NCBI GenBank assembly: GCA_046045965.1
Contig: JBJOKS010000015.1
Span: 61,474 to 125,473, forward strand
Reading direction: 5' to 3'
DNA length: 64,000 bases
Source: Cyanobacteriota bacterium
GTDB taxonomy: Bacteria; Cyanobacteriota; Cyanobacteriia; Cyanobacteriales; Nostocaceae
Position numbers and translations under genes: made by a program
Part shown: piece after piece, positions 1-8,494 of the stretch
Numbering within the stretch: the stretch's first letter is position 1
Layout of the letters: each line of letters begins with the position of its first letter
The notes under the pieces: generated by a model
Database searches by the model: none
Told to the model about the DNA's origin: nothing
Seen by the model: only the letters and a program-made list of their open reading frames with translations

Positions 1-60
1 TTTGTTTTCGCTTCGGATGTATTTACTGATGCTTTCAAAGATGTTAACCTCAGCATCTAA
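1..60 (+). CDS. 3' end of an upstream ORF, probably another small peptide precursor (partial)
   Basis: Frame 1 is open from base 1 (FVFASDVFTDAFKDVNLSI*) to TAA at 58-60 and is followed by a hairpin. Identity is inferred only from its position before the precursor/exporter genes. Confidence 0.4.
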   Translation, partial: FVFASDVFTDAFKDVNLSI

Positions 61-80
61 TAACATCTAATTGAGTAATC

Positions 81-119
81 ATTAGGCAATTAAATCATAT
101 ACAAAATTAATTGCCTAAT
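81..119 (+). terminator. Stem-loop after the partial ORF
   Basis: Perfect 13-bp inverted repeat ATTAGGCAATTAA (81-93) / TTAATTGCCTAAT (107-119). Confidence 0.55.
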
Positions 120-249
120 CTTCTTCCATCACTCTTAGATAAATTCAAAATGTTTCGGCGATACAGTCAACGTAAATTCCATATTTAATTTGAAAGTGAT
201 GGAAGATATCTATTTGGCTTTAATCATAAAATAACCAAAAAATAACCAT

Positions 250-558
250 ATGTCTGAAGATATCAAAACCCCAAAATCTGAATTATTCTATGATTTGTCT
301 GAACAAGAACAAGAGTCAGTAGTTGGAGGAATTTCCTATTATTCACTTGATATTCAAAAGACAGATATATACTCTTATGCCTTGAATGAAACAAATTTTT
401 CTGATGGTAACAAGAATTTTTCTACCAAACAACAAACTGGATATCTGCTTTCACAAATTACTATTGGATTGAATATATTTGCTCAAGAAAGCTGGCAAAG
501 TTTCAACCAGAGTAGCTTAAGTTTATTAAATACGTTATTTCGGCTTCTACATTTTTAA
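250..558 (+). CDS. Double-glycine leader peptide precursor (cyanobacterial CTB-type bacteriocin-like)
   Basis: Leader ELFYDLSEQEQESVVGG matches the ELSxxELxxxxGG pattern; it lies directly upstream of a C39 peptidase ABC exporter. Confidence 0.75.
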   Translation: MSEDIKTPKSELFYDLSEQEQESVVGGISYYSLDIQKTDIYSYALNETNFSDGNKNFSTKQQTGYLLSQITIGLNIFAQESWQSFNQSSLSLLNTLFRLLHF

Positions 559-600
559 ACTTGACAATCAAAAAGATTACTGAAAACCTAAGATAAGCAA

Positions 601-640
601 ACAGATTGACAACATTTTTGGTTGATAGTTGTTAATCTGT
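601..640 (+). promoter_or_regulatory. Stem-loop between precursor and exporter genes
   Basis: ACAGATTGACAAC (601-613) pairs with GTTGTTAATCTGT (628-640), with one G-U pair. Confidence 0.5.
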
Positions 641-654
641 AAACTAATTAATCT

Positions 655-2805
655 ATGAAACTCCAATTTGTTAAACAGCACAGTGCAGAAGACTGTGGTG
701 CAGCTTGTTTAGCTGCGATCGCTAAATATTACGGTCATACATTTACCCTCACCCGCATTCGTGAAGCCGTCGGAACTGGACAAACTGGAACTACATTATT
801 AGGCTTAAGAAGAGGTGCAGAAAGCCTTGGTTTTAAAGCTAACCCAGTCAAAACATCACCAGAAGTTCTTGACAGAATGAACGAAGCACCCTTACCAGCA
901 ATTATTCACTGGAAAGGAAATCATTGGGTTGTTTTATACGGTAAAAAAGGCAAAAATTATCTGATTGCAGATCCCGCAGTCGGGGTGCGATATCTTTCTA
1001 AAAAAGACTTAATTGATGGTTGGAAAGATTGGTTAATTCTCTTACTAGAACCAGACCCCATCCGCTTTTTTGAACAAGAAAGTGATAAAACTGGAGGTTT
1101 TTGGCGTTTCTTTAGACGAGTTTGGATTTATCGCGCTATTTTAGTCCAAGCTTTACCTCTCAATTTAGTCTTGGGTTTACTATCTTTAGCTTCTCCTTTT
1201 TTACTGCAAATTCTCACCGACGATGTGCTAGTTAGAGGTGACACCAAATTACTCACTACTGTAGCTATTTCTGTAGTAGTAATGAATTTTGTTTCTAATA
1301 GCCTTTCATTTGTTCAATCTAACTTAATTGCTCATTTTGCTCAACGCCTACAATTAGGGTTAGTTTTAGATTTTGGTCGGCAAATTCTCCGCTTACCTTT
1401 AAGTTATTACGAAGCTCGACGTAGTGGTGAAATCGTTAGCCGCTTGCAAGATATTCAGCAAATTAATCAATTAGTTACCAAATTAGTCGTTAGTCTACCC
1501 AGCCGATTTTTTATAGCCTTAATTTCTCTGGGTTTCATGCTTTTTTATAGTTGGAAGCTGACCACAGTAGCTTTAATCATTTCTGCGGTAATGACCTTAT
1601 CTACTATTGTCTTTCAGCCGACTTTACAACGAAAAACTCGTGAGCTTTTAGTACAAGATGCAGAAAATCAAGGTGTTTTAGTTGAAACATTTAAAGGTGC
1701 ATTAACCCTCAAAACAACTACAGCAGCACCACAGTTTTGGGATGAATTAGAAAGCCGTTTTGGTCGTCTGGCTAATCTCACATATCGAACCATGCAAATT
1801 GGCATTATTAATAATACCTTTTCTGGTTTTGTTTCTGGTATTGGTGGAGTTATTTTACTGTGGTTTGGTGGCTATTTAGTGATTGAACCGACTGAAAATC
1901 TCAGCATCGGAAAGTTACTTGCATTTAACTCAATGAACGGTAACTTCTTGGGTTTAATTGGTACTATCATCAGCTTTGTGGAAGAATTTACGCGTGCGAA
2001 AACTTCTGTACAACGTCTGACAGAAGTTATTGATGCTACTCCAGAAAATGAAGGAGATGGTAAAAAGCCTTTTGCTAAAATTCCCGAAAATGCTGACATT
2101 TGTTGTACAAACATTAACTTTCATTATGCAGGTAGAATTGACCTTTTAGAAGATTTTTCTTTAACAATTCCCGGTGGTCAAGTTGTGGCTTTAATTGGTA
2201 AATCTGGATGTGGTAAAAGTAGCCTTGCTAAATTAATAGCTGGATTATATACTCTCCAATCTGGAAATATCCGCATTGGACTTTATAACCTCACAGACCT
2301 TTCTCTAGAAAGTCTACGTCAACAGGTAGTTCTTGTTCCTCAAGACGCTCATTTTTGGAGTCGTTCTATTGTTGAAAATTTCCGTTTAGGAGCGCCCTAC
2401 GTCACATTTGAGCAAATTGTCAGAGCTTGTCAAATTTCTGGTGCTGATGAATTTATCAGTAAACTTCCAGAAAAATATCAAACTATTTTAGGTGAATTTG
2501 GGGCTAATATTTCTGGTGGTCAACGTCAAAGATTAGCTATAGCTAGAGCTATTATTACAGAGCCACCAATTTTGATTTTGGATGAATCTACAGGGGGACT
2601 TGATCCTGTAAGTGAAGCGGAAGTTTTGGATCAATTATTTCAACATCGTCAGGGTAAAACAACAATTTTAATTACTCATCGTCCCAAGGTAATTAATCGT
2701 GCTGATTGGATTGTTTTGCTAGATCAGGGAAGGTTAAAAATACAAGGTTCTTTAGAAGATTTAAAAACTAAACCTGGGGAACATTTAGATTTTTTAATTC
2801 CCTAA
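655..2805 (+). CDS. Peptidase C39-containing ABC transporter (bacteriocin processing/export)
   Basis: N-terminal QHSAEDCGAAC and HWVV (C39 Cys/His), TM domain, Walker A GKSGCGKS, signature ISGGQRQR, Walker B ILILDE. Confidence 0.95.
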   Translation: MKLQFVKQHSAEDCGAACLAAIAKYYGHTFTLTRIREAVGTGQTGTTLLGLRRGAESLGFKANPVKTSPEVLDRMNEAPLPAIIHWKGNHWVVLYGKKGKNYLIADPAVGVRYLSKKDLIDGWKDWLILLLEPDPIRFFEQESDKTGGFWRFFRRVWIYRAILVQALPLNLVLGLLSLASPFLLQILTDDVLVRGDTKLLTTVAISVVVMNFVSNSLSFVQSNLIAHFAQRLQLGLVLDFGRQILRLPLSYYEARRSGEIVSRLQDIQQINQLVTKLVVSLPSRFFIALISLGFMLFYSWKLTTVALIISAVMTLSTIVFQPTLQRKTRELLVQDAENQGVLVETFKGALTLKTTTAAPQFWDELESRFGRLANLTYRTMQIGIINNTFSGFVSGIGGVILLWFGGYLVIEPTENLSIGKLLAFNSMNGNFLGLIGTIISFVEEFTRAKTSVQRLTEVIDATPENEGDGKKPFAKIPENADICCTNINFHYAGRIDLLEDFSLTIPGGQVVALIGKSGCGKSSLAKLIAGLYTLQSGNIRIGLYNLTDLSLESLRQQVVLVPQDAHFWSRSIVENFRLGAPYVTFEQIVRACQISGADEFISKLPEKYQTILGEFGANISGGQRQRLAIARAIITEPPILILDESTGGLDPVSEAEVLDQLFQHRQGKTTILITHRPKVINRADWIVLLDQGRLKIQGSLEDLKTKPGEHLDFLIP

Positions 2806-2840
2806 TTCCCTAATTAATTATTGAGAATTATCAGGTAATT

Positions 2841-4235
2841 ATGCTCTACACTCATAATCAAAAAATTATCTCTTCAGTGGAAAATGATGAGTTTCTACCT
2901 CCTATTAGTCGTTGGACTTCTTTAGCGGGAATATTTCTTATCGGTACTGTTGCTACTGGTATTACCCTCTCTTCATGGGTTAAATATAATGTCACCGTCA
3001 AAGCTGATGCTATTGTTCGTCCTACAGGAGAAATTCGTGTGGTACAACCGGAAATGGAAGGAACTATTAAAAGTATTTTGGTGCAAGAAAATCAGGTTGT
3101 GAAAATGGGTGATGTAATTGCCCATCTGGATAATAATCAATTGCTGATCCAAAAAAGCCAAGTGCAAGGTAATATCCAACAAGGTAACTTACAAATAATT
3201 CAAATTGATGCCCAAATCCGTATTTTAGCTAATCAAATTTTTGCTGAAAAACAAGTTATAGAAAACGCTGTTGCTTCGGCAAAAGCTGATTTGTTACGCA
3301 ACCAACGGGAATATCAAGAACGGCAAATTAATACCCAAAATGAATTCCTGACAACTGAAGCAGGTTTGCAAAAAGCTAAGACGGATTTACAAAAAGCTCA
3401 AGCTGATTTAGAATTTGCCAAAATGGATCGCGATCGCTATGAACAATTATCAGAAATTGGTGCAATTGGTAGACGAGAATTTGAGCAGAAACAATTGGTT
3501 GTCCAGCAGACAGAATTAACACTACAAGCACAACAAAAATCTTTTGAAATAGCAAAAATTCAAGTAAAATCAGCTAAAGCTGCGGTGAACCCAACTACAG
3601 CAATGGTGATGATAGCACAAGAAAGAATTGCCCAAGAAACTGCTAAAGGTAAAGCTAATATTGCTAGTCTCAATAAAGAAAGACAAGCATTAATGGAGCG
3701 TCGAGTGCAATTACAAAACCAGATTCAGCAATCTCAAAAAGAACTAAAAAAAATAGAAAATCAACTCAAAAAGAGCATCATTCTTGCTAGTAGTAACGGT
3801 ATTATCCAGAAGCTTAATTTACGCAACCCTGGTCAAGTAGTACGTGCTAGTGAATCTATTGCTGAGATTGTTCCTAATAATGCTCCTCTAGTCATTAAAG
3901 CGATGATTCCTACGGCGGAAATTACAAAAATTGCTGTTGATCAAAAAGTTGATTTGCGGGTTGATTCTTGTCCTTATCCTGATTATGGCACACTTAAAGG
4001 AGTTGTTAAAAGTATTTCTCCTGATGTCATTACTAACCAAAGTAATACTACAGCTATAGCAACATCTAATAGTTATTTTGAAGCAACTATTCAACCGGAA
4101 ACTATTCAATTTGGTAATAGTAATCACCAATGTTTTATTCAATCAGGAATGCAAGCAAAAGCTGACATTATTTCCAGAGAAGAGACAGCACTAAGATTTA
4201 TGCTGAGGAAAGCAAGATTAATTACTGACTTATAA
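2841..4235 (+). CDS. HlyD-family type I secretion periplasmic adaptor
   Basis: Single N-terminal TM, lipoyl-like half motifs (GTIKSILVQENQVVKMGD), long coiled coil, YPDYGTLKG; downstream of the ABC exporter. Confidence 0.93.
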   Translation: MLYTHNQKIISSVENDEFLPPISRWTSLAGIFLIGTVATGITLSSWVKYNVTVKADAIVRPTGEIRVVQPEMEGTIKSILVQENQVVKMGDVIAHLDNNQLLIQKSQVQGNIQQGNLQIIQIDAQIRILANQIFAEKQVIENAVASAKADLLRNQREYQERQINTQNEFLTTEAGLQKAKTDLQKAQADLEFAKMDRDRYEQLSEIGAIGRREFEQKQLVVQQTELTLQAQQKSFEIAKIQVKSAKAAVNPTTAMVMIAQERIAQETAKGKANIASLNKERQALMERRVQLQNQIQQSQKELKKIENQLKKSIILASSNGIIQKLNLRNPGQVVRASESIAEIVPNNAPLVIKAMIPTAEITKIAVDQKVDLRVDSCPYPDYGTLKGVVKSISPDVITNQSNTTAIATSNSYFEATIQPETIQFGNSNHQCFIQSGMQAKADIISREETALRFMLRKARLITDL

Positions 4236-4403
4236 GTGGGTACAGTTAAGCTGAAAATGCAAATTTTTTGATGTTGGGTTGCACTTCATTTAACCCAACT
4301 TTCTAAGTTGTATCATATATTGTATCACCAGCATATTCTCGCATATTTATATAAAAATATAAATACCCCCATAGAAATTCAAGTCATAAAAATTGTCAAG
4401 TTT

Positions 4404-5045
4404 ATGACCTATCATCAAAAAATTCAACAAGCATTACAGTGGTGGTCTTATAGACAATCAATAAAACTTTTCTGGGAAGCCGAAAAAATCCGGGATGGAT
4501 TATTACAAGAATCTTTCATCATCCGTCGCAGCTTAGATGTATTAAAAATAGATCATCTGAATTTATCAATTTATCCAATTTCCGAGTACATCAAAAAATT
4601 TGATAATTTTCATCACTCTTTAGTTCAATTGAGCGATCGCTTATGTCCAGTGTATATTCAAGATAGTTTGCCCTTATCTATTCAGTGCTTACTAGCTCCT
4701 TGGTTAGCATCTCATCCCCATCTCACAATTCATTTTGATCTACCAGTCTCCTGGAGACACGAACCAGTAGAATGTAGCCTCATAATTTTAAGAGCTTTAG
4801 AGGAATTACTGACCATAACTTTGCCACAATTTTCTACACCTACTTCCATTTCTATCAAATTAACCCGCAAAGAAAATACAAAACAATTAATTGTAAAAAT
4901 TACTTATCCTGATATATCTACCCTGCTCTTTTACTCCAATTTACCAGAATTAAAATATCTCAGTCATAGCTTTGAATATTTATTGTCTGGTCAATGCTTT
5001 TACAACAGTAGTAATCACAGGATAGCTTGTTATTTTTGTTGGTAA
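4404..5045 (+). CDS. Degenerate histidine-kinase-like protein (HisKA_3-like H-box without His)
   Basis: EAEKIRDGLLQ resembles the LHDGxLQ H-box with His replaced by Arg; ILRALEELL resembles an N-box helix; no G-boxes. The ORF is open from TTG 4308; ATG 4404 was chosen. Confidence 0.65.
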   Translation: MTYHQKIQQALQWWSYRQSIKLFWEAEKIRDGLLQESFIIRRSLDVLKIDHLNLSIYPISEYIKKFDNFHHSLVQLSDRLCPVYIQDSLPLSIQCLLAPWLASHPHLTIHFDLPVSWRHEPVECSLIILRALEELLTITLPQFSTPTSISIKLTRKENTKQLIVKITYPDISTLLFYSNLPELKYLSHSFEYLLSGQCFYNSSNHRIACYFCW

Positions 5046-5175
5046 TTGTTATTATATGACCAATATTTTCACCACAACTCAGTATAAATATATGGGGTAA
5101 GGGTGGCATACCTCATAGCAAACCAACCAACATAAATACAATTTAGAAAAAGCTAACTATGATTCATTATTAAAT

Positions 5176-5853
5176 ATGGAACAAATTTTATCAGCGAATA
5201 AATTCCTGAAAGTTTTGGTAATTGATGATCACGAATCAGTATTAAGCGGAACCGTTGATATCCTCAGAAAAAACTATCCTAATGCTGAATTTATGACAGC
5301 TATTAATGTCAATAATACTCTGGAAATAGTTACTAGCATTCAGCCTGATTTGATCGTCATGGATCTTTCAATTCCTGAAACAGTAGGCATGACTGCCCGA
5401 CCTGATAACGGTATTCAGCTGCTCAAAATTTTGATGAAAAAATATCCCAATTTGAATATAGTAGTTCAAAGCGCCCATGCCAGGACATTGGTACGTATTC
5501 GATTGGATATTGATAGTCATAAAGGAGGCTTTACCATTGCTGATAAAAGTCTTTCTACCCAGGAAATGTTAACAAGAGTTGATTGGGCTTTACAGGGATT
5601 AACTCATATAAAAGATATCAAAGGAATTCACTCAGGATTAGAGGTAAAATCAGAATGGTTAAAGGTATTGTATCTAGCATTTGAAAAAGGATTACAAGAT
5701 AAAGCAATTGCTGAAGAAATGTGTGTATCTGAACGCATGGTACGTCATTATTGGAGTAAATTACAAGATGCCTTAAATGTTTATCCAGAAGAAGGTAAAA
5801 ATATCCGCATTCAAACACAAATGCAAGCTAGAGCAGAAGGCTTGATTGATTAA
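5176..5853 (+). CDS. NarL/LuxR-type response regulator
   Basis: Receiver VLVIDDH...DLIVMDLSIP; C-terminal HTH GLQDKAIAEEMCVSERMVRHY. Confidence 0.92.
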   Translation: MEQILSANKFLKVLVIDDHESVLSGTVDILRKNYPNAEFMTAINVNNTLEIVTSIQPDLIVMDLSIPETVGMTARPDNGIQLLKILMKKYPNLNIVVQSAHARTLVRIRLDIDSHKGGFTIADKSLSTQEMLTRVDWALQGLTHIKDIKGIHSGLEVKSEWLKVLYLAFEKGLQDKAIAEEMCVSERMVRHYWSKLQDALNVYPEEGKNIRIQTQMQARAEGLID

Positions 5854-5911
5854 TAAATTCAATTAATTACCAATTTTAAATAAATCATTATCCAGACTGG
5901 AGCCAAAGCTT

Positions 5912-6802
5912 ATGCAGTCTAAAATTAGGATGAAAATTAAATCAGCATGGCAAGATATCTGGATGTTAAATACATATCCAGTCACAAATATTGTAGTTAT
6001 TGGTATTGCGTTCTCTAACCTAGTGAGTGCTAGTTATGTCCTATTAACCTGGGGTTGCGTAACTCCAAAATTTTCAGCAATTTTAGTTTTGGCTGTAAAT
6101 GCTATAGCCATTACCGCATTATTTCACTATAGACAAACAGTGAAGTCAGGAATTAAAGCTAGAAAAGCGATCATTGAAATTGCATTTGAGACAATTCATA
6201 ATGGTCCACTACAAAGCCTCGATAGAGTTTTGAGACTGGTGAGAGGACAAGACATATCAATTAAGAAATTAATCCCAGAATTAGAACCAGAACTTGAACA
6301 ATTAAACCAAGAATTACGGGGAATTTATGAATTTTGGCAACAAGAAAACCTAATGCAAGAAGTAAACCTTTACTTAGGAAACAATATAATTATCAATTTA
6401 CAATATCCCCTCCATGAAATTCTCTATCAAGTTTATAGTCACACCTTAGAACGAGAGTTTCCCTGCTTTAAAACTATCAAGTTGAAGATTCGTAGTTTTG
6501 AAATTGTAGATGAAAGCAATTTAACTCTTGAAGCAAAACGCGGAATATGCAGATTTTTGGAAGAAGCATTGTGTAATGTGGGTAAATATGCTACAGGAGT
6601 AACCTGCCTCAAAGTTACCTGTTCTTTATCTATGGGTTGGTACACACTGAGTATAGTAGATGATGGCTTAGGCGTTAACTCCGCCAAGGAAGGCCGGGGA
6701 ACAAAACAGTTTAAAAATTTAGCACGACAAATTCAAGGTAAATTTCAACGAATTCCTATTTATCCTCAAGGAACTATTTGTGAATTATCTTGGCCTGGAT
6801 GA
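5912..6802 (+). CDS. Membrane histidine kinase (HisKA_3 type) with no evident sensor domain
   Basis: Two hydrophobic segments, H-box ETIHNGPLQ, N-box EEALCNVGKY, DDGLG and GRGT G-boxes. Confidence 0.85.
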   Translation: MQSKIRMKIKSAWQDIWMLNTYPVTNIVVIGIAFSNLVSASYVLLTWGCVTPKFSAILVLAVNAIAITALFHYRQTVKSGIKARKAIIEIAFETIHNGPLQSLDRVLRLVRGQDISIKKLIPELEPELEQLNQELRGIYEFWQQENLMQEVNLYLGNNIIINLQYPLHEILYQVYSHTLEREFPCFKTIKLKIRSFEIVDESNLTLEAKRGICRFLEEALCNVGKYATGVTCLKVTCSLSMGWYTLSIVDDGLGVNSAKEGRGTKQFKNLARQIQGKFQRIPIYPQGTICELSWPG

Positions 6803-6880
6803 CTTGTAAGCTATCATAGATAAATCATTAAAAGAATGAAGAATTTAGAATTTAGAATGTAGAATAGGCTAAAAAACGCT

Positions 6881-7825
6881 GTGCAGATAACATTTTTAGG
6901 AACAAGTTCTGGTGTACCTACAAGATCACGTAATGTTTCCAGTGTGGCACTGAGATTACCACAACGGGCAGAACTGTGGCTGTTTGACTGTGGTGAAGGT
7001 ACACAGCATCAAATCTTGCGGAGTGACCTAAAAATTAGCCAACTCTCCCGAATTTTTATCACCCATCTCCACGGGGATCATATCTTTGGCTTGATGGGAC
7101 TTTTGGCCAGTTGTGGTTTAGCTGGTAATGTACAACGAGTTGATATTTATGGTCCTTCTGGGTTAAATGAATACCTGCAAGCCGCTTCACGTTACTCTCA
7201 CACCCACTTTTCCTACCCCATAAAAGTACATACGGTCCATCCAGGGGTAATTTACGAAGATGATGAATTTATTGTTAGTTGTGGTTTGCTGCATCACCGC
7301 ATTACAGCTTTCGGTTATCGTGTAGAGGAAAAAGACCGCACTGGACGCTTTGATGTGGAACAAGCCAAAGCTTTACAAATTCCCTCCGGTCCTATTTATG
7401 GTCAACTCAAACGCGGTGAAACCGTTACCCTGGCAGATGGACGGGTGATTGATGGTTCTCAGTTGTGCGGTCCGACAGAAATTGGCCGCAAGTTTGCCTA
7501 TTGTACAGATACAGTTTATTGTGACGGTGCTGTACAACTAGCGCAGGATGCAGATGTCTTAATTCATGAAGCTACATTTGCCCATCAAGATGCGGATATG
7601 GCTTTTCAAAGATTGCATTCTACCAGCACAATGGCGGCACAAACAGCTTATGCAGCTGGAGTAAATCAATTAATTATGACTCATTTTAGCCCCCGCTACA
7701 CCCCAGGTAATGCAATTGAGTTAAAAGATTTACTTCGAGAAGCCCGTGCTATTTTTCCTAAAACTATTATGGCTCAGGATTTTATGGTTTACGATGTACC
7801 TAGACGACGGGAAGTTAAGTCATAA
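6881..7825 (+). CDS. rnz: Ribonuclease Z
   Basis: [23 protein letters not shown] metallo-beta-lactamase motif, exosite insertion, HEAT, HST, THFSPRY. Confidence 0.97.
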   Translation: MQITFLGTSSGVPTRSRNVSSVALRLPQRAELWLFDCGEGTQHQILRSDLKISQLSRIFITHLHGDHIFGLMGLLASCGLAGNVQRVDIYGPSGLNEYLQAASRYSHTHFSYPIKVHTVHPGVIYEDDEFIVSCGLLHHRITAFGYRVEEKDRTGRFDVEQAKALQIPSGPIYGQLKRGETVTLADGRVIDGSQLCGPTEIGRKFAYCTDTVYCDGAVQLAQDADVLIHEATFAHQDADMAFQRLHSTSTMAAQTAYAAGVNQLIMTHFSPRYTPGNAIELKDLLREARAIFPKTIMAQDFMVYDVPRRREVKS

Positions 7826-7856
7826 TTCATAATGTTTTATCTTGTTCCTAGTCTCC

Positions 7857-8267
7857 CACAGAGGTGTCATTTTCAATTTTCATAAGCATAAGTAAAATTC
7901 ATATTTATTGGTTAAGTATTTTAATATTTATAATTTATCGACATTTAAAATTAAATTTTATTAAAAATTAATTGAGAATTATTTTTATTAATTAACGAGC
8001 TTGCAATACTTTCAGCGATTTGCTATAATTTATTAAATTTTCATAATTGGGTTTTTATTTTCAAATTTGCATATGTTGAAAATGATGATTCTCAAACCCT
8101 TTATTTATGGTCGTTTCAGAAATCAATACCCAAAAATAATATAAAACTTTACAAATTTCCAGCGATTTGAGAGAGCAATTTTAAAAAAAATTAATTGGCA
8201 GAAAAAATCAACTATTGACACATAAGCTGATTTATGGTATGAGAGCAGGTTTTTTCTAGTAGCTAGG
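7857..8267. mobile_element. Possible truncated insertion-sequence end (very AT-rich, non-coding)
   Basis: Starts abruptly (CACAGAGGTGTCA) inside a partial copy of the CTCGTTCCCAGTCTC repeat and ends at a REP-like palindrome; no ORF or transposase. Confidence 0.3.
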
Positions 8268-8296
8268 GTAGGGGTTTAGCATTGCTAAACCCTTAC
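8268..8296. repeat. REP-like palindrome
   Basis: GTAGGGGTTTAGCATTGCTAAACCCTTAC, a GTAG-led hairpin. Confidence 0.7.
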
Positions 8297-8436
8297 ATAC
8301 TTATATTTCTTCTCTTCTTTCTTCTCTTCTTTCTTCTCTTCTTCCTTCGTGTTCTATCCCTAACGGGACGCTACGCGAACGCGTCTTCGTGGTTTATTCA
8401 ATCGGTATTCTTTGGGTGGGAAAGGAGTAATGCTGA

Positions 8437-8466
8437 TGTAGAGACATTTCATACAACATCTCTACA
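8437..8466. repeat. REP-like palindrome (degenerate)
   Basis: TGTAGAGA...TCTCTACA inverted repeat. Confidence 0.65.
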
Positions 8467-8494
8467 ATCTGCTTTACCTAAACGATACCAGAAT

